Shown here in pieces: positions 36,890 to 49,539 of a stretch of DNA of 64,000 bases; position 1 is the first letter of the stretch, and every line of letters starts with the position of its first letter. Origin of the DNA: Isurus oxyrinchus. Lineage: Eukaryota. Position numbers and translations under genes: made by a program. The notes under the pieces are model-generated. The model did not search any database. It was not told where the DNA came from and worked only from the letters and a program-made list of their open reading frames with translations. The stretch is taken from contig JANJGN010000038.1 in NCBI GenBank assembly GCA_026770705.1, positions 7,626,001 through 7,690,000 of the forward strand, read 5' to 3'.

Positions 36890-37150
36890 ATAGGCGCTGC
36901 AGTAATGGTAAACTCACTTGACCGATAAACCAGAGGCTCAGGATTATGCTCTGTGGACATTGGTTCAAATTGCAACTCAGCAGCTGGTGCACTTTAAATT
37001 CAATTAACAAATCAGTAATGGTGACTAGAAAGTCAGCAGCCTGCCACCCTGTAACGCCATACCCACAGTAAAGGGACTAACTTTTAACTGCCCTCTGAAA
37101 TTGCAGAGCGAAACTTTCAGTCCAGGGGCAATTAGGGATGGGTAACAAAC
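36890..37150 (+). mobile_element. tRNA-derived SINE (decayed)
   Basis: A-box-like gcagtaatggtaa, B-box-like ggttcaaatt, and tail ggcaattagggatgggtaacaaa shared with the LINE at 48420. Confidence 0.7.
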
Positions 37151-39169
37151 GTGGTAAACACTGTCGACAATATTCTAAGTGTTTTGTTCTCAGGGCGAAC
37201 TGATGCCAGTATCACTGAATTTGCCACACGCACATGTTTTCAAGGAACCTCTTCAAGCATATTTACTATCTCTCTTGAGTCAATGGTGTAGAATTACTAT
37301 GGAATAACCTGTTTTGTTCTATTAGGTGGTGAAGATTAACCTCCAACCTTCCACCATGGAGAATTGTAGATCCACATTGAATTAGTCCTCAGTTTAACAA
37401 ATTATCACAAAGACAAGCGGCACTACAGCACTCTGCTTGTGCTGCTCCCAGGTGACTGTTTCGATGAAAAGCCCAATGTCAGAAAGGGGTGTGTGTTCAA
37501 TCAGGCGCTGAAGTTTTACCAGTTATAAGTTACAACCCTTATAAGGGAAAGGTATCTTCAGGAAATAATTAGATCTTCCCAAGAAAGACAACATTTCCAT
37601 TCTGTCCATAACAGGCATAAGGAACGGAAGTAAGCGGGACTGCGATACTGGGGTGAGGGTTGGAGCCACTGCTGAATCTGACTGACATTACAATTAGAGC
37701 CATGAATGACGCATGCAAAGGTTACTCAATATTACAGGCAGGTGAGGGAGGCGTGTGCCGATGGATTGGGAATGGCAAGCTTCAATTAAACACTCAGTTA
37801 CACTGTAATGGAGAAGAATGCATTTCACGGTAGCAACCATGCAGGGCTTTCAAATTTGGTGGAGCCAACGTTCTGAAAAAAAGAGAGAACCGGCTGAAAA
37901 ATAGTGTTTGGGCAAAGGATCATAGTATTTGGAGAAACATTATAACTGAAAAGTGACGGATTTGCACCTTCACAATGCACTGTCACAGCAATGCAACAAC
38001 CTCATTACAGAAGCTAATTAGCGGTGAACGCTTGAAAATGAGGACGCTATTAAATTGTAACAGAATCCGTGTTGTACACGTTATTAATATCGGGGAAGAA
38101 TAATTCGGATACAGCTAGGACAAATTATATGACACACATTTGAAAAGATCAAGTAAATTATTCTGGAAAAGTGTAGTTCTGCACTGGTAAAATATTTAAA
38201 AGGAAAACATCTGTGACTAGTATCAGTCAGTTGGTCAATTGTCTGCAGTGCTCTGAAAGGATGTTCCCTACTCAGTTTCTCCCCTATGTGTCTCCAATAA
38301 AATGTATCCAACTGAATCTTAGGTCCTATTGAATGGGTTCACAGCATTGTATCCCGCTTCCCTCGGCACCGCTTTTTGCTGGGTTACCGGGGATGGAGGC
38401 TAAATGTCGTCTTTCCAGCACATCAGTACTGCCTTTACATTTTGGGCAGCTGGGCAGTGGATGTTACTTCCTGGCCCATCGACTGGTAAGTTGCTCAAAT
38501 CTGCCGCAGGCGCCCGTGAGATTTGGCCATGTTGTTCATACTAGGACAGCAACTGGTGATTTGAGGAAGTCGAGTTCAGTCAAAGAGAGTGACCAATGTG
38601 ATGGAGTGTTTGTGATATCCTGGGACAGGGACTGGTGAGGTGATACAGTGCGGTCTAGTCTGGGCTGGTGATGCGAAAAAAATCTGCTCCAGTCAAGGGC
38701 AGGGACTGCTGAGGTAGAGAGTCTTAGCTGCTGCCTGGGACAGAGATCTTCCTGGTGGTTCAAGCCGGGGCAGGGACATTTGATGTGCGGCTGAGTGTTT
38801 CAGTATGCGAGAGACATTAGTGAGCCATGTGTGTTATGAGGCTGGGTAAGTTGGGGTAGTATACACTGCCTGAATCAGGGAACTGGTGAGTTGGGGCGGT
38901 CTGGAGCACGGGTTAGTGAGGTGGGGCAGCGTTACTCTGTCGGGAGAGAGACCTGTGAGGTCGGGCAGTGGATCAGTTTGGTACAGTATTGGTGACGGTG
39001 CAGCAGTGTGGATTGGACTGTGGAAGTGGCGATATACATCTGGGGAAGGGAACATTGATGTATGGTTCAGCCTATGAAAGGGAACAGTCTGCTGCAACCG
39101 TTTGGTTAACATGGCAGATAGGACCGGTGAGGCGGGGATCACACAGGCTTGGGGCACTTTGAGGTGGGC

Positions 39170-39445
39170 ATTATTTTTTTGCTCGTGGGATGTGGGCGTT
39201 GCTAATTGTCCATGTTAAGTGGGCATTTTTAAGAGTCAACTACATTTCTGTTCAGTGAGGGCAGCTCAATTCCTTCCCTCAAGGGCATTAGTGAATAGAA
39301 TAGGTGTTCATGACAATGCCACTGATTTCATGGCCATCTTTCGACTTCTGCTCCAAGGTTTTTATTGAATTTACTATCTGCTGTGGTGGGATTTGAAACC
39401 TAGATCTCTGGTTTACTAGTCCAGTGAGAAAACCACGACGCCACT
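39170..39445 (-). mobile_element. tRNA-derived SINE, same family as 36890-37150
   Basis: Reverse complement reads gtggcgtcgtggttttctcactggactagtaaaccagag...ggtttcaaatcccacc...gacttttaaaaatgccc-like body...acgcccacatcccacgag and an A-rich tail. Confidence 0.7.
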
Positions 39446-39600
39446 ACTGTCTGGGGAAGGGCCGAGGGAAGTGGGGCAGTTTGGTTTCATCTTGTACAGG
39501 ACAGGCTGTGAGGCAGTTGTTGATCTGTCTGTGAGGTTCACTGTGAACATGACATTCCGTAGGCTGTGGTAATTTTCTGATGACTCCGTGAGGTGGAACA

Positions 39601-39881
39601 TGTTCAGTGCTAGTTCCTGAGCTGCCACAGGAAGGAGGCAGTTTGCAGAAACTTTGTGAGGTGCAGTGTGTTCAGTGTTGGTCACTGTGCTGCCACTGGG
39701 AGGAGGCAGTTTGCGGGATCTTTGTGAGGTGCAGTGTGTTCAGTGTTGGTCACTGTGCTGCCGCAGGGAGGAGGCAGTTTGCGGGATCTTTGTGAGGTGC
39801 AGTGTGTTCAGTGTTGGTCACTGTGCTGCCGCAGGGAGGAGGCAGTTTGCGGGATCTTTGTGAGGTGCAGTGTGTTCAGTG
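39601..39881. repeat. 68-bp minisatellite, about 4.1 units (units 2-4 nearly identical), inside an older degenerate array (about 39450-40090)
   Basis: tgttcagtg recurs at 39601, 39669, 39737, 39805 and 39873. Confidence 0.95.
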
Positions 39882-40319
39882 CCTCCCCTGAGCTTCTTCA
39901 GGGAGATGGAAGTTTATGATTCCAGGGTGTGGCCCTCAGCGTTCACCGTCTGATCCTGCATTGCCCCAGGTTGGGGGCAGTTTGTGATGTCAGTGCGGGG
40001 TCAGTTTGTCCAGTGTTTGACGCTGAGTTACACAAGGGGAGGAGATAGTTTCGGATTTACAAGTGGGCAAGTTTGTTCTGATGCTGAGCTTCGCGGACTC
40101 ATCCTGATCTTGCAAGCACTTACACGCATGTTAGAATTTAAAGCCGAGACACCTCCATCTGCTGGATGCCGGCAGTACTGCATGGCACATCTTTTCAGCC
40201 GGTAATTAGCCACAGTAACCCCAATACCATGTCCAGTTACAAACATAAAAGTTAACTCCCAGTGGATTTACAGAGATACTCGAGTTATAATTGAGCTACT
40301 TAAATAATTGCACTTCCTC

Positions 40320-40525
40320 TCTTACTTTATTTGATATATTTCCAGGGTATGAACTATTAAAATCAAGCCCGGCTATTCAGTGTTTTAAACATCAACAGAA
40401 GCATGTCACAACCGTTGGAATGGACACAGCTCAATCTTGGATGCGATTAGAAGCAGCAACAACTGCCAAATCTGTCTCCTGCAGGCCCTTTGTGAGGACT
40501 AATGTATTTAAGACGGGTGAATCCT
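40320..40525 (-). pseudogene. 3' terminal remnant (end of last finger and 3' UTR) of a C2H2 zinc-finger gene
   Basis: 40447-40497 aligns with 49554-49601, the tail of the ZNF relic; AATAAA on the minus strand near 40326-40331. Confidence 0.5.
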
Positions 40526-42129
40526 GACTGCCCCCCAAGTTGTTGATAGTGGAGTTTTCAGTGATGGTAATGCCACTGAACATCAAAAGGCGATGATTAG
40601 ATTCTCGCTTGTTGCAGATGGTCATTTTCTGGCATTTGTGTGGCACGAATGTTACTTGCCTCTTGTCAGCCCAAGCCTGGATATTTCCAGGTCTTGCTGC
40701 ATTTGGACATAATGTGGAACAGTTTTGTGAAGACACCTTGGGGTTACCGGCCACCTTAGAACCCGTCAATACACAATAGAAGGAATTTATCCTCTATCCA
40801 GAGGTACTGCCTAAGACATCAAAGAAAGGGATTAAACAACATGATGGATACTAAAGGGTATGACTTCCACATTTGAATTTCTACTTTATATTGATCATTC
40901 TTTCTTTTCTTATCCCACAGTAGCTTTTAGTACCCGTCCCATCGAGTCTCGAATCACACTGCTCCGAAATATAAACCAATATTTTATCTTTAACATTAAT
41001 TTCTTCACTCCAGGTAGCACGACAAATATTCTCTCTCCCAATTCTAACACAGCCATTCTTAAACAATGCAACTAATCAACTTTAGATCGTTTCAGTCTGG
41101 AGACGACCTATGGCTCCTCTGAAGTTGCTCAATCTGACTGCATTGACTTCTACAATCATTGGTTCCGTTGCCCCTCCTCCATGAATGTGCTGATTCTGGT
41201 TGGGTTCATGTCCTTCTTCACGGGATCACCTGGCCCTCAGACTCAAAATTTGTCTTAATTCAGATCTACACTCTATCCGTTTCCTCCCGTCCCCTCCCTG
41301 AATTTGCATATTCTTGTTGGCTTCATGCATTTGGTTAAGCCTTCAGTGTGGAGGGTAACGTGGCCTTCACAGAACGTTATAACTGCTAATTTCGTGAACA
41401 TTTGAATTACCGAAATGGGAGAGGACGGGCTGGTTTTGCTTCCTCTTTTTGTCTGTGGATGCTCAGACTTTTGCTTCATCTTCGATTTTGCGAAGTATTT
41501 ATGTTTTTTTTTACTTACAGCCCCTGGCTCCTTTCCCTCTCCTCCATCAAACTATTGACTCTCACTGAATACAGTTCTGCATTCACTGGCTGGCGTCCCT
41601 TTCCAGGAGTTGCAATTTCTGGCTGGGCTCAGCGTTTTATTTTACATTTACATTTTTACCCTATCCCCCTTGTCTCCGAAAAGGCTTGTCTCCCATTCTG
41701 TCCACTCATTGTGGTCGCTCATAAGAACCTTCAAGCAGTTAGAAATATGAACTGTAATAGGCTATTTGGCCTTTTGAGCCAGGTCTGCCATTACGAAAGC
41801 TCTTGGCTGATATTTCATCTCTGGTCCAACGTCGTTCAGTACCTCATGTCCCGTAATCCCCGCAGCATCCAAATGTCTATCGACATCTGCCTTGATTAGA
41901 ATCAACATTTGAGCAATCACACCTCTACGGGGCAGCGAATTCCAAAGAGTCTCAAACCCCATCCTCTCAGGACTAACAGGATCAACAGTTTCTTTGAGAC
42001 TATGACCCCATAGTTCTAAGTATTATTTTCTCCTTTCATGTGATCTGGCGTCGATGGAAATGTCAGATTTTTTTCCCATGCCTAATTTTCACTGAAAAAG
42101 CGTAGGCTGAGTGCCCTTCTTCAACGTAA

Positions 42130-42630
42130 GATCATAAGAAATTAGAGCAGGCTTAGGCTGTTCAGCAGTCCGACCCCGCTCCTCGGTTCAATTTGTTCGT
42201 GCTGATCTTCTACTTGAAAAAAGATTTTTCTGCATTATACCTGTGTCCCTTAATGTTTTTTAATGTGTTGAAATCTATCGACCTCAGTCTTGCACATAAT
42301 CAGCGACTGCGCACAACAGACCTCTCAGGCAAAGACTTACAAAGAGTCACAGCCCTCCGGCTGAAGGAATCCCTCCTTATCTCATGCCTCATTGGCCGGC
42401 TCTCCATTCAGAGTCTGTGTTCCCTGGTGCTCGACACACTGGCCTAGCGAAACATCCTGCCTGCATCTAATCTGTGAAGCCGTGTGAGAATTTTGCACCT
42501 TTGCATGTGATCACCTGCCATTCTTCTGAACTCCAGAAAATAACGGCCTTGTCTATTTAATTTTTCCTCACTGGACAATCCCTCCATCCCGTGAAGTAGT
42601 TGAATGAGTCTTCGTTGCACTCCCTATGTG
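42130..42630 (-). mobile_element. CR1 3' end (decayed)
   Basis: taagatcataagaaattagagcagg tail; gatcacctgccattcttctgaactccag. Confidence 0.7.
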
Positions 42631-43980
42631 GCAATGATGAGACCCGCTGCAGTCTATATGGTGAACCTACACCCAAGGTGCTGTTGGGGAGGGAGCTGTC
42701 GGATTTTGATCACGTGGCAGCTAATGGACGGTGATATTGGTCAAAGTCAGGAAGGTGTGTGGCTTTGAGGGCAACTTGCAAGTGATGCCATACCCATGCA
42801 TTTGCTTATCTTGCCCTTTTCATTCGGGGTCATCATAGGGTTGGAAGGTTTCGATGGAGCATGTAGAAGGAGGTGCAGTATATCTTGAAAATGATACACA
42901 CTGCTGTACCTCTGCATCGACCCTGGAGGGAGTGAACGCTTAAATTGCTGGATGATGTCAAGCTTCTTGAAAGTTGCTGCAGCCACAATCATCCAGGTAA
43001 ATGTAGAACAATGCATCATAGACTTGACGTTCTTTGTAGAAACCTGTCAGTCTTTTGAGAGTAAGGAACTGAATTATTCGCTACAATGTTCCCAGTCCAT
43101 GACCTGCTCTTGTAGCCAAAGTATTTATAAAGCTGGTGCAGTTGGATTTCAGATCAATGGTAAACCCAGGGATATTAAACCTGATGTAATTCAGCTATAG
43201 GAATGACATTGATTGCCAAGCCTATATGGTAAGATTGTCCCTTTTTCGAGATCTTCATTGATTTGGTTTCCAGCAGCCGTTCTGCTAGCTATTTCTAGCA
43301 ATTGCTCCAAGCAGAGTGCTTGATTCCGATTGAATTATTGTTTTGCAACTGCTCCTGTTCAGCTGCTCCGTGATGTCACTCATGTGTAAACTATTGCCTT
43401 GATGTGAAGAGCAGTGACAGGAACCTTCTCCCGTGAGTTCAGTTTTTGTACATGTTGAAAGCCAGATTAAATTAAGGTCAGGAGTAGAGTGGAATCCAGG
43501 CAGAACTTCATTTGGCAGGTTATTGCAGTGTATGAGCTGTTTAATATGATACCTTCCTTTAGGCTGCTGTTGATCGAGCGCAGAATATTTGGGTCATTAC
43601 TGACTGGATTGGGTTCACCCTGTTTCTTTTTGTGGACAGGGCATACCTGGGCGCTTTTCCACATTGCCGGTAGAAGCCTATGTTGCAGCTGCAACTGAAA
43701 AGCTTGGCTTGGGGCGCAGCAAGTTGAGAAGGTTGCAATTTATGCTTTACAATCTATCATTTTTTTTGCCGGAACGTTTTCAGGGCGTCAAAGCCTTTTG
43801 CGTATCCAGCGCCTTCAGTCATTTCTTGACATTGGATCAAATTGGCATCTGTTATTATGGGGACCTCAGGAGGAGGCCTAAATGAATCATCCGGTTGGCA
43901 CCTCTGGATGAAGATGCTTGCAAATAATTCAACCGTGTCTTTTTCCGTGATGTGCTGGTCTCCCCCATCATCCCATAGTT
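42630..43980 (-). mobile_element. decayed LINE of the same family as 47980-48500
   Basis: ORFs 42747-43019 (AAATFKKLDIIQ), 43467-43694 (PAMWKSAQVCPVHKK) and 43757-44023 (ELFASIFIQRC). Confidence 0.7.
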
Positions 43981-44214
43981 TCTGAAGTGGGCTTGGCAGA
44001 ACGAGAATTTGCAAATGCAACACAGCTTTTCAGAAAGGAAAGAGAGAGAAAACAGAGATAAACTGCCAGTTAGCTTGAATCAGCCGTTGGCCCAATGCTG
44101 GAATTGAAATACTGTACTTGTAAACTCATTTTCTGATCACGCAGGTAAAACATGAATTTATAAAAGAGCAATCATGTTCTATAATGTTATTGGAAATGTT
44201 TGAGTAAGCGTACA

Positions 44215-44760
44215 TGCATACGAACATGCAAATTAGGAGCAGCCGTAGGCTACTCGGCCCCTGGACCATGCTGCACCATTCAATAAGTTCGTGGCTGATC
44301 TACTTTTAACTTCAATTTCACATTCCAGGCTACACCTGGTAATGTTTCACGCCGTTGCGTATCAAGAAAATATTTACCTCTACCTGAAAGGTATCCCAGG
44401 ACTCTGCCTCAATCACCTTTTGAGGAAAAGAATTCCAAAGTCTGACTAGCCGCCTGGGAGAAAAATCAAGTTTTTCCTCATCTCTGTCCTAAATAGGCAA
44501 CCCTTTATTTTGCAACAGTTATCTGAGATCTTGATTCCCCCACAGAATTAACCATCCTTTCCACATCCTCCCTGCCAAGGCCCCTCAGGGTTTTATATGT
44601 TTCAATCAAGTCACCACTTAACCTTTTAAACTACAGTGGACAGAAGCCTCGCCCATCAAGCCTTTACTCAGAAGGCAACCAGCTCTTTCCTGTTAAACAT
44701 CTAGTAAACATTCTCTGAAAAAGTGCATTTATATTTTTCCTTACATAAGGAGACCAATGT
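44215..44760 (-). mobile_element. CR1 3' end (decayed)
   Basis: catacgaacatg...aattaggagcagccgtaggctactcggcccct tail; gaattccaaag; gtttcaatcaagtcacc. Confidence 0.7.
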
Positions 44761-45564
44761 AACTAATAGGTAACTAAATGTGAAAACATTTAAGGCAATT
44801 TATCTGGATTTCCAAATGTGCTTTTTTAAGTTTCCATGCAAAATAATAACAGACTGTAAAAGGGTTCATTCGCTTAGTAGTAATATTTTAGCATGAACGG
44901 AGGAGCGGTTACAGACAGCTAGAAAAGTGCTGCTTTAAGTGAAGACTTCCAGGTTGGCCACTTGTGATTTTTTGGCACCCGCAAGGACAGGTCCTGTGGC
45001 CTCAACTATGATTCTTCATTTTCATGGCTTAGACAGTGACATGGAATAATGTAATGAATTTTTCAGAAGATAGAATATTTGGTGGAAATGCAGGTTGTGA
45101 TGAGGATGTGGAGAGGCTGCAAAGAGATCCGGAGAGGTTGAGTCAGTGGGTACAAGTTTGCAAATGCGCAGATATGTCACTTTGATTGTAAGAATGGAAA
45201 ACAGGAGTTTGTGAGTCTGCACTTGGAATACTGAGTGTGGTTTTATTCTCTGCATCTCAGGAAGGAACCACTTACACTGGAGTCAGTGCAGAGTTAGCTA
45301 GTAAAGCGAGCATTGGATCCGAGGTAACCTAGGATTGGGTTGCTGGTCTAAAATAAATAAATAGTTGTATAGATACATACATTAAAAATAAGACGTCCGT
45401 TATATTTTGCATTAGGCCAGTAATGTTGATTTGAAACAAACATATCATTTGGGATATCAGTGCTGTGTTTGACAGTGACATACCCTGTCAACCCTCTGCG
45501 CCTGCCAATATGTTGAGCAAATGCTGCATTTGGAACATTGTGTTCCAATCCGTTAGTATTTACC

Positions 45565-45990
45565 GTGACTCAGCTGACAGCACTCTCACCTTTGAGGCAA
45601 ACTACACACTCTAGGGTACGAACACAAGTGCCATGTGTGTCACTCCACTGGAGAACTAAGGAAGCACTGTGCTATCGGAGGTACGTTCATTCTGATAAGA
45701 TGCCTAAGCAATAATTATGGCCCATGGTCGCTGAAGGGAAGAGATGCCCTAACGCCATTTTGAAGAAGGGCAAGAGAGTTATTCTGGTGACCTTGCCAAT
45801 ACTTATCACACTATCAACATCACAAAATCAAATTACCAGGTCATGATCTCAATGTTGTTTGTGAGAGTTTACAGTGTGGAATTCCCCAGCAACCTGACAT
45901 ATATTTCAACAGTGATCACATTTCCAAATTGCATTATTGGTGCAAACAATTTTTAGGCGCCCTATGGTTGTGAATTGTGGAATATGTATG
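45565..45990 (+). mobile_element. Deu-domain SINE (SacSINE1/AmnSINE-like), decayed
   Basis: gactcagctgacagcactctcacc head, ttttgaagaagggcaagagagtt...ccttgccaatacttatc core, acagtgatcacatttc tail; family name from recall. Confidence 0.55.
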
Positions 45991-47979
45991 TGTATATAAT
46001 ATATAAGAGAAATACTCCATTGTTTCTTTCCCACAAACCGATAACAAATTAGTGCCGTGCTGGCCCAGCACTAAGCGGCCTGCAGGGCATTAATTCTGCC
46101 TTTTCACTGCCGCAATCTCTTCCAAACCCTCACATTCCGCATAGCACCAAAAGTACATTTTAGGCAAGTCACCAAACACCTTTTATGACAACCTCTGGAA
46201 CCGTTTCGCTACATGCCAGCACCAGTACATCCATGAGCAATTATTGTGGAATATACAGTTTTGCAAATAAAACATTATGCAGCTCGAGTGAAAGCATCTT
46301 GTATGATAGCATATAAAGGAAATATATCAAACTATCTGTAATCTTTCAGCCTTGCTCAACTCGCGGCCTGCGTATTGTGGTCCATGAAGCCCCTCAAGGT
46401 GGTCTCTAGAGCTAGAGTTCAAGGCGCTGGTAAGGCAGTTAGGTGGATTTGAAGATTTCTGCAAAGTGGTGCTCCTTCAATAAAATAAAAGTGCACTATT
46501 CACTGTTCTATTACAGTGCACTTGGCGGGGAGAGGGGGGTGGCGGGGGAGGGTGGGGGGGGGGGGCGGGTGGCAGGCTTTTGGTGAGAGAATAGTTGTCT
46601 CACACATGGAAAGACCCAATGTCCAGTGTCCCAAATCTGTGGGTCTGAGTTTTGTTTTGTGTTAATGTTTCCCTGTAGTTTTTTGGAGACCCCTTCTCCT
46701 CTGCCTGGCTTTTCAATCTGTTGCTGTTAATGGGGAGTTTAGCTTGGATCAGGTTCACTGACCTTCATCAGCAGGTGGAAAAACATGTTGAGCTCTGGTA
46801 ACAATTAGAGACAGAGAATTACCCAGGAGTGTGTCCCCTGCGATGTCTGGGCGGGGGTAGGGGGCGGGGGGAAGTGGGAGGCGATGTTGTAAGCAAGTGT
46901 GTTCAGCACCTGATTCATGTTAAGATCCCAATAGAGACCAACATCTTTAAAGGTGAGATGGATTTCCCAGTGATAATGTTTCACATTTCAAACCATTTAC
47001 CGTGACAAGCAAGCTAATGTAGGCATCTACTAAGCACTCCTTAATTGCCAACTAATCCAAGTAACTAAATGCAAAGCTGTTTTGCCATTAACTGATTAAT
47101 ACAACGAAACGAATATTACCATGCTACCAACCTGTATATAGCCGTGAATATTCAATTCCAAACTGCCCCCATATTTTCAGCAGGCTCACGTTTCCATGGG
47201 ATGTCTTCTGGTGTCCTTTCAATGCCTTTGTTCCCAGTGTTCTTAGTTACCCAGGATCGAATTCCAGCAGTGAGACCCACACCGGGAACTATTTGTTCCT
47301 TATATCTCCACAAATGGCATCTCCTCGAAAAGCAGAATGAGTCTCTACCAGCATCCTGCGCAATGGTTGACCCATAACATACTTAATCTCGGACTTGAAC
47401 AGCAGCAGCCGCTATTTCAGTCTCCCTCTCCTTGTCTTTCAGCTGTATGTACAACTTTAACCCCCCCCCCCCCCCACCCCCCGCAGCCTAATAAATGCCC
47501 TCTCCTGCCAAGGTGTTAAACATTTGATTTGATTCTTCGCAGGTTCTGGGTAAAAGAAGCAGTTTAAAATATTCCCTTCTTAGTAGCTGTCACAATCGTC
47601 AAATTCTGAGGCACACCACCGAAGGGGAATTTTGTGAATTCCCTGTGAGATGCCGTGGATTCAGTCGACAACTGTAATCAGACCTAGGCACTGGGAAGTT
47701 AATGATATATTTGTTTGGTGCAGCGTGTTCAGTGTGAGAACATGAGCTGCTCATTGGTTGGGATAGTTTCTGATATCAGACTGAAGGCACTTTGTTCTGC
47801 ATCTGACTGTGAGTTGCCCAGCGATGTAAGGGACACGGTTGTTGTATGAACTGCACTAGCCATATATATATGTCAGAGCCTAGGAGTCATGAGATGAGTA
47901 ACTCACCTTCTGACCGCCCCCGACCCCCACCATTCCACCCCACCCCCCAAGAAGCTTGCCGAACATCTACGAGGCACAG

Positions 47980-48500
47980 GGCAGTGTGATTGAATACTCT
48001 CCACTTGCCTGGGTGAGTGCAGGTCCAACAACACTGAAGAAGCTTGACACCATCCAAGACAACTCAGACCGCATGACTGGTACCACATCCACCAACATTC
48101 AATCACTCCACCACGAAAACACAGTAGCAGCATTGTGTACCATCTATAAGATGCACTGCAGAACTTCACCAAGGCTCATTCGACAGCACCTTCCAAACTC
48201 ACGGCCACTACCATCTAGATGGATAAGGGCAGCAGATAGATGGGAATACCACTACCCTTAACTTCCTCTCCAGGCCACTCACCGCCTTGACTTGGGAGTA
48301 TTTCACTATTCCTTCACTGTCGATGGGTCGGCATCCTGGAACCCCCTCCATTAAAGCACTGTGGGTGTACCTATACCACATGGACTGCAGCGGTTAAAGA
48401 AGGCAGCTCACCATCACCTTCTCAAGGGCAACTATAGATGGGCAATAAATGCTGGCCCAGGCAGCGAATTCCACATTCCATGAATGAATTTTTAAAAAGT
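47980..48500 (+). mobile_element. LINE 3' end (CR1/L2 group) sharing its tail with the tRNA-derived SINEs
   Basis: ORF 47956-48261 (SVIEYSPLAWVSA...LDTIQD...IQSLHH...VAALCTIYKMH); tail caagggcaactatagatgggcaataaatgctggc. Confidence 0.75.
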
Positions 48501-48689
48501 CGTAAGAAGGATGACATGGTATTCTGCTTTATACAGGCAGTACTACAGGGCTAACTGTGTTTGCTGGCGATTTCCCACATTGTTCCAATCATAATGGCCA
48601 CCTGCAAATATGCACTGCATTTCCTGTTTTTTGTTTAACCTGTGATCGGCCACCATGCAGGTGAGGCCTCTAATATGTCGCCCTTACTG

Positions 48690-49490
48690 CTCCTTCAAGG
48701 TGGTTTGGAGAAGTTAAATAAGCGGGGAAAATATGGCAGATGGAATATAATTTGCACAAATGTGAGTTTATCCGCTTTGCTAGGAAATACAGAAATAAAG
48801 AGTATTTCTGAAAACGAGAGAGGCTGAGGCTTGGGCTTCCTTGTTCACGAGTCACTGAAAGCTAGCAAGCAGGTCCAATAAGCAATTCAGAAGTATGTTG
48901 GGACTGAGAAATACCCCTGTGAGTATTTGAGTATTGGAGTAAAGATGTCTTGCTGCAATTACATAGAATCTTCCTTAGACCAACTTGAATACTCTGTTCA
49001 ATTCCAGTCCCCTTACCTAAGGAAAGATATTCATGCATAGAGGGAGCGCATCACAAAAGAATGCCTGGGATGGACGGATTTCCCTATGAAGAATGATTTA
49101 AACACTGGGCAGATCTAATTCAAGGGAACATAAATTTACAAGGTGCTGCAGAATAGATGCAGTAACGAAGTTTCCCCTTGTTTGATTTTGAGAACCAACA
49201 GGAAAAGTTTCAGAATGAAGGACAGACAATTTATGACTAAGATGAGGAGGAATTTATTCACTGAGTGGCTGTTGAATCTTTGGAATGTTTGTCCCATTGG
49301 GCTGTGGAGTCATTGAGAATGTACAAGGCTGATGCTGATAGTTTCCTACATATTTAAAACGCCAAATGCTGAGGGGAGAGCGCAAGGAAATAATGTTCAA
49401 GTAGAAAACCTGCCATGATCTCACTGAATCGCGGATCAGGCCTGAAGCACTGAATGGGCTATCTCTGCTTCTACTTCTTATGTGTTTGTA
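48690..49490 (+). mobile_element. decayed CR1 3' fragment
   Basis: tggcagatggaatataat, tcttgctgcaattacataga, gatgaggaggaatttattcactgag...gttgaatctttggaa. Confidence 0.7.
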
Positions 49491-49539
49491 TCTTTCCCGT
49501 TTAATGTTAGTAGACATATATTCAGAGTAATAAATATTA

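Noticed and set aside
36890-36980. tRNA gene
   Set aside because: A and B boxes belong to a SINE head; no cloverleaf is evident.
39601-39881. CRISPR-like array or Cys-rich repeat protein (ORFs 39607-39919)
   Set aside because: Head-to-tail units without unique spacers in a vertebrate genome; a 68-nt period is not a multiple of three, so the ORFs are artefacts.
11395-48363. Isolated CACAGTG/CACTGTG heptamers (11395, 18060, about 30097, 39539, about 45665, about 48357)
   Set aside because: No nonamer at 12 or 23 spacing where checked; most lie inside LINE or SINE copies.
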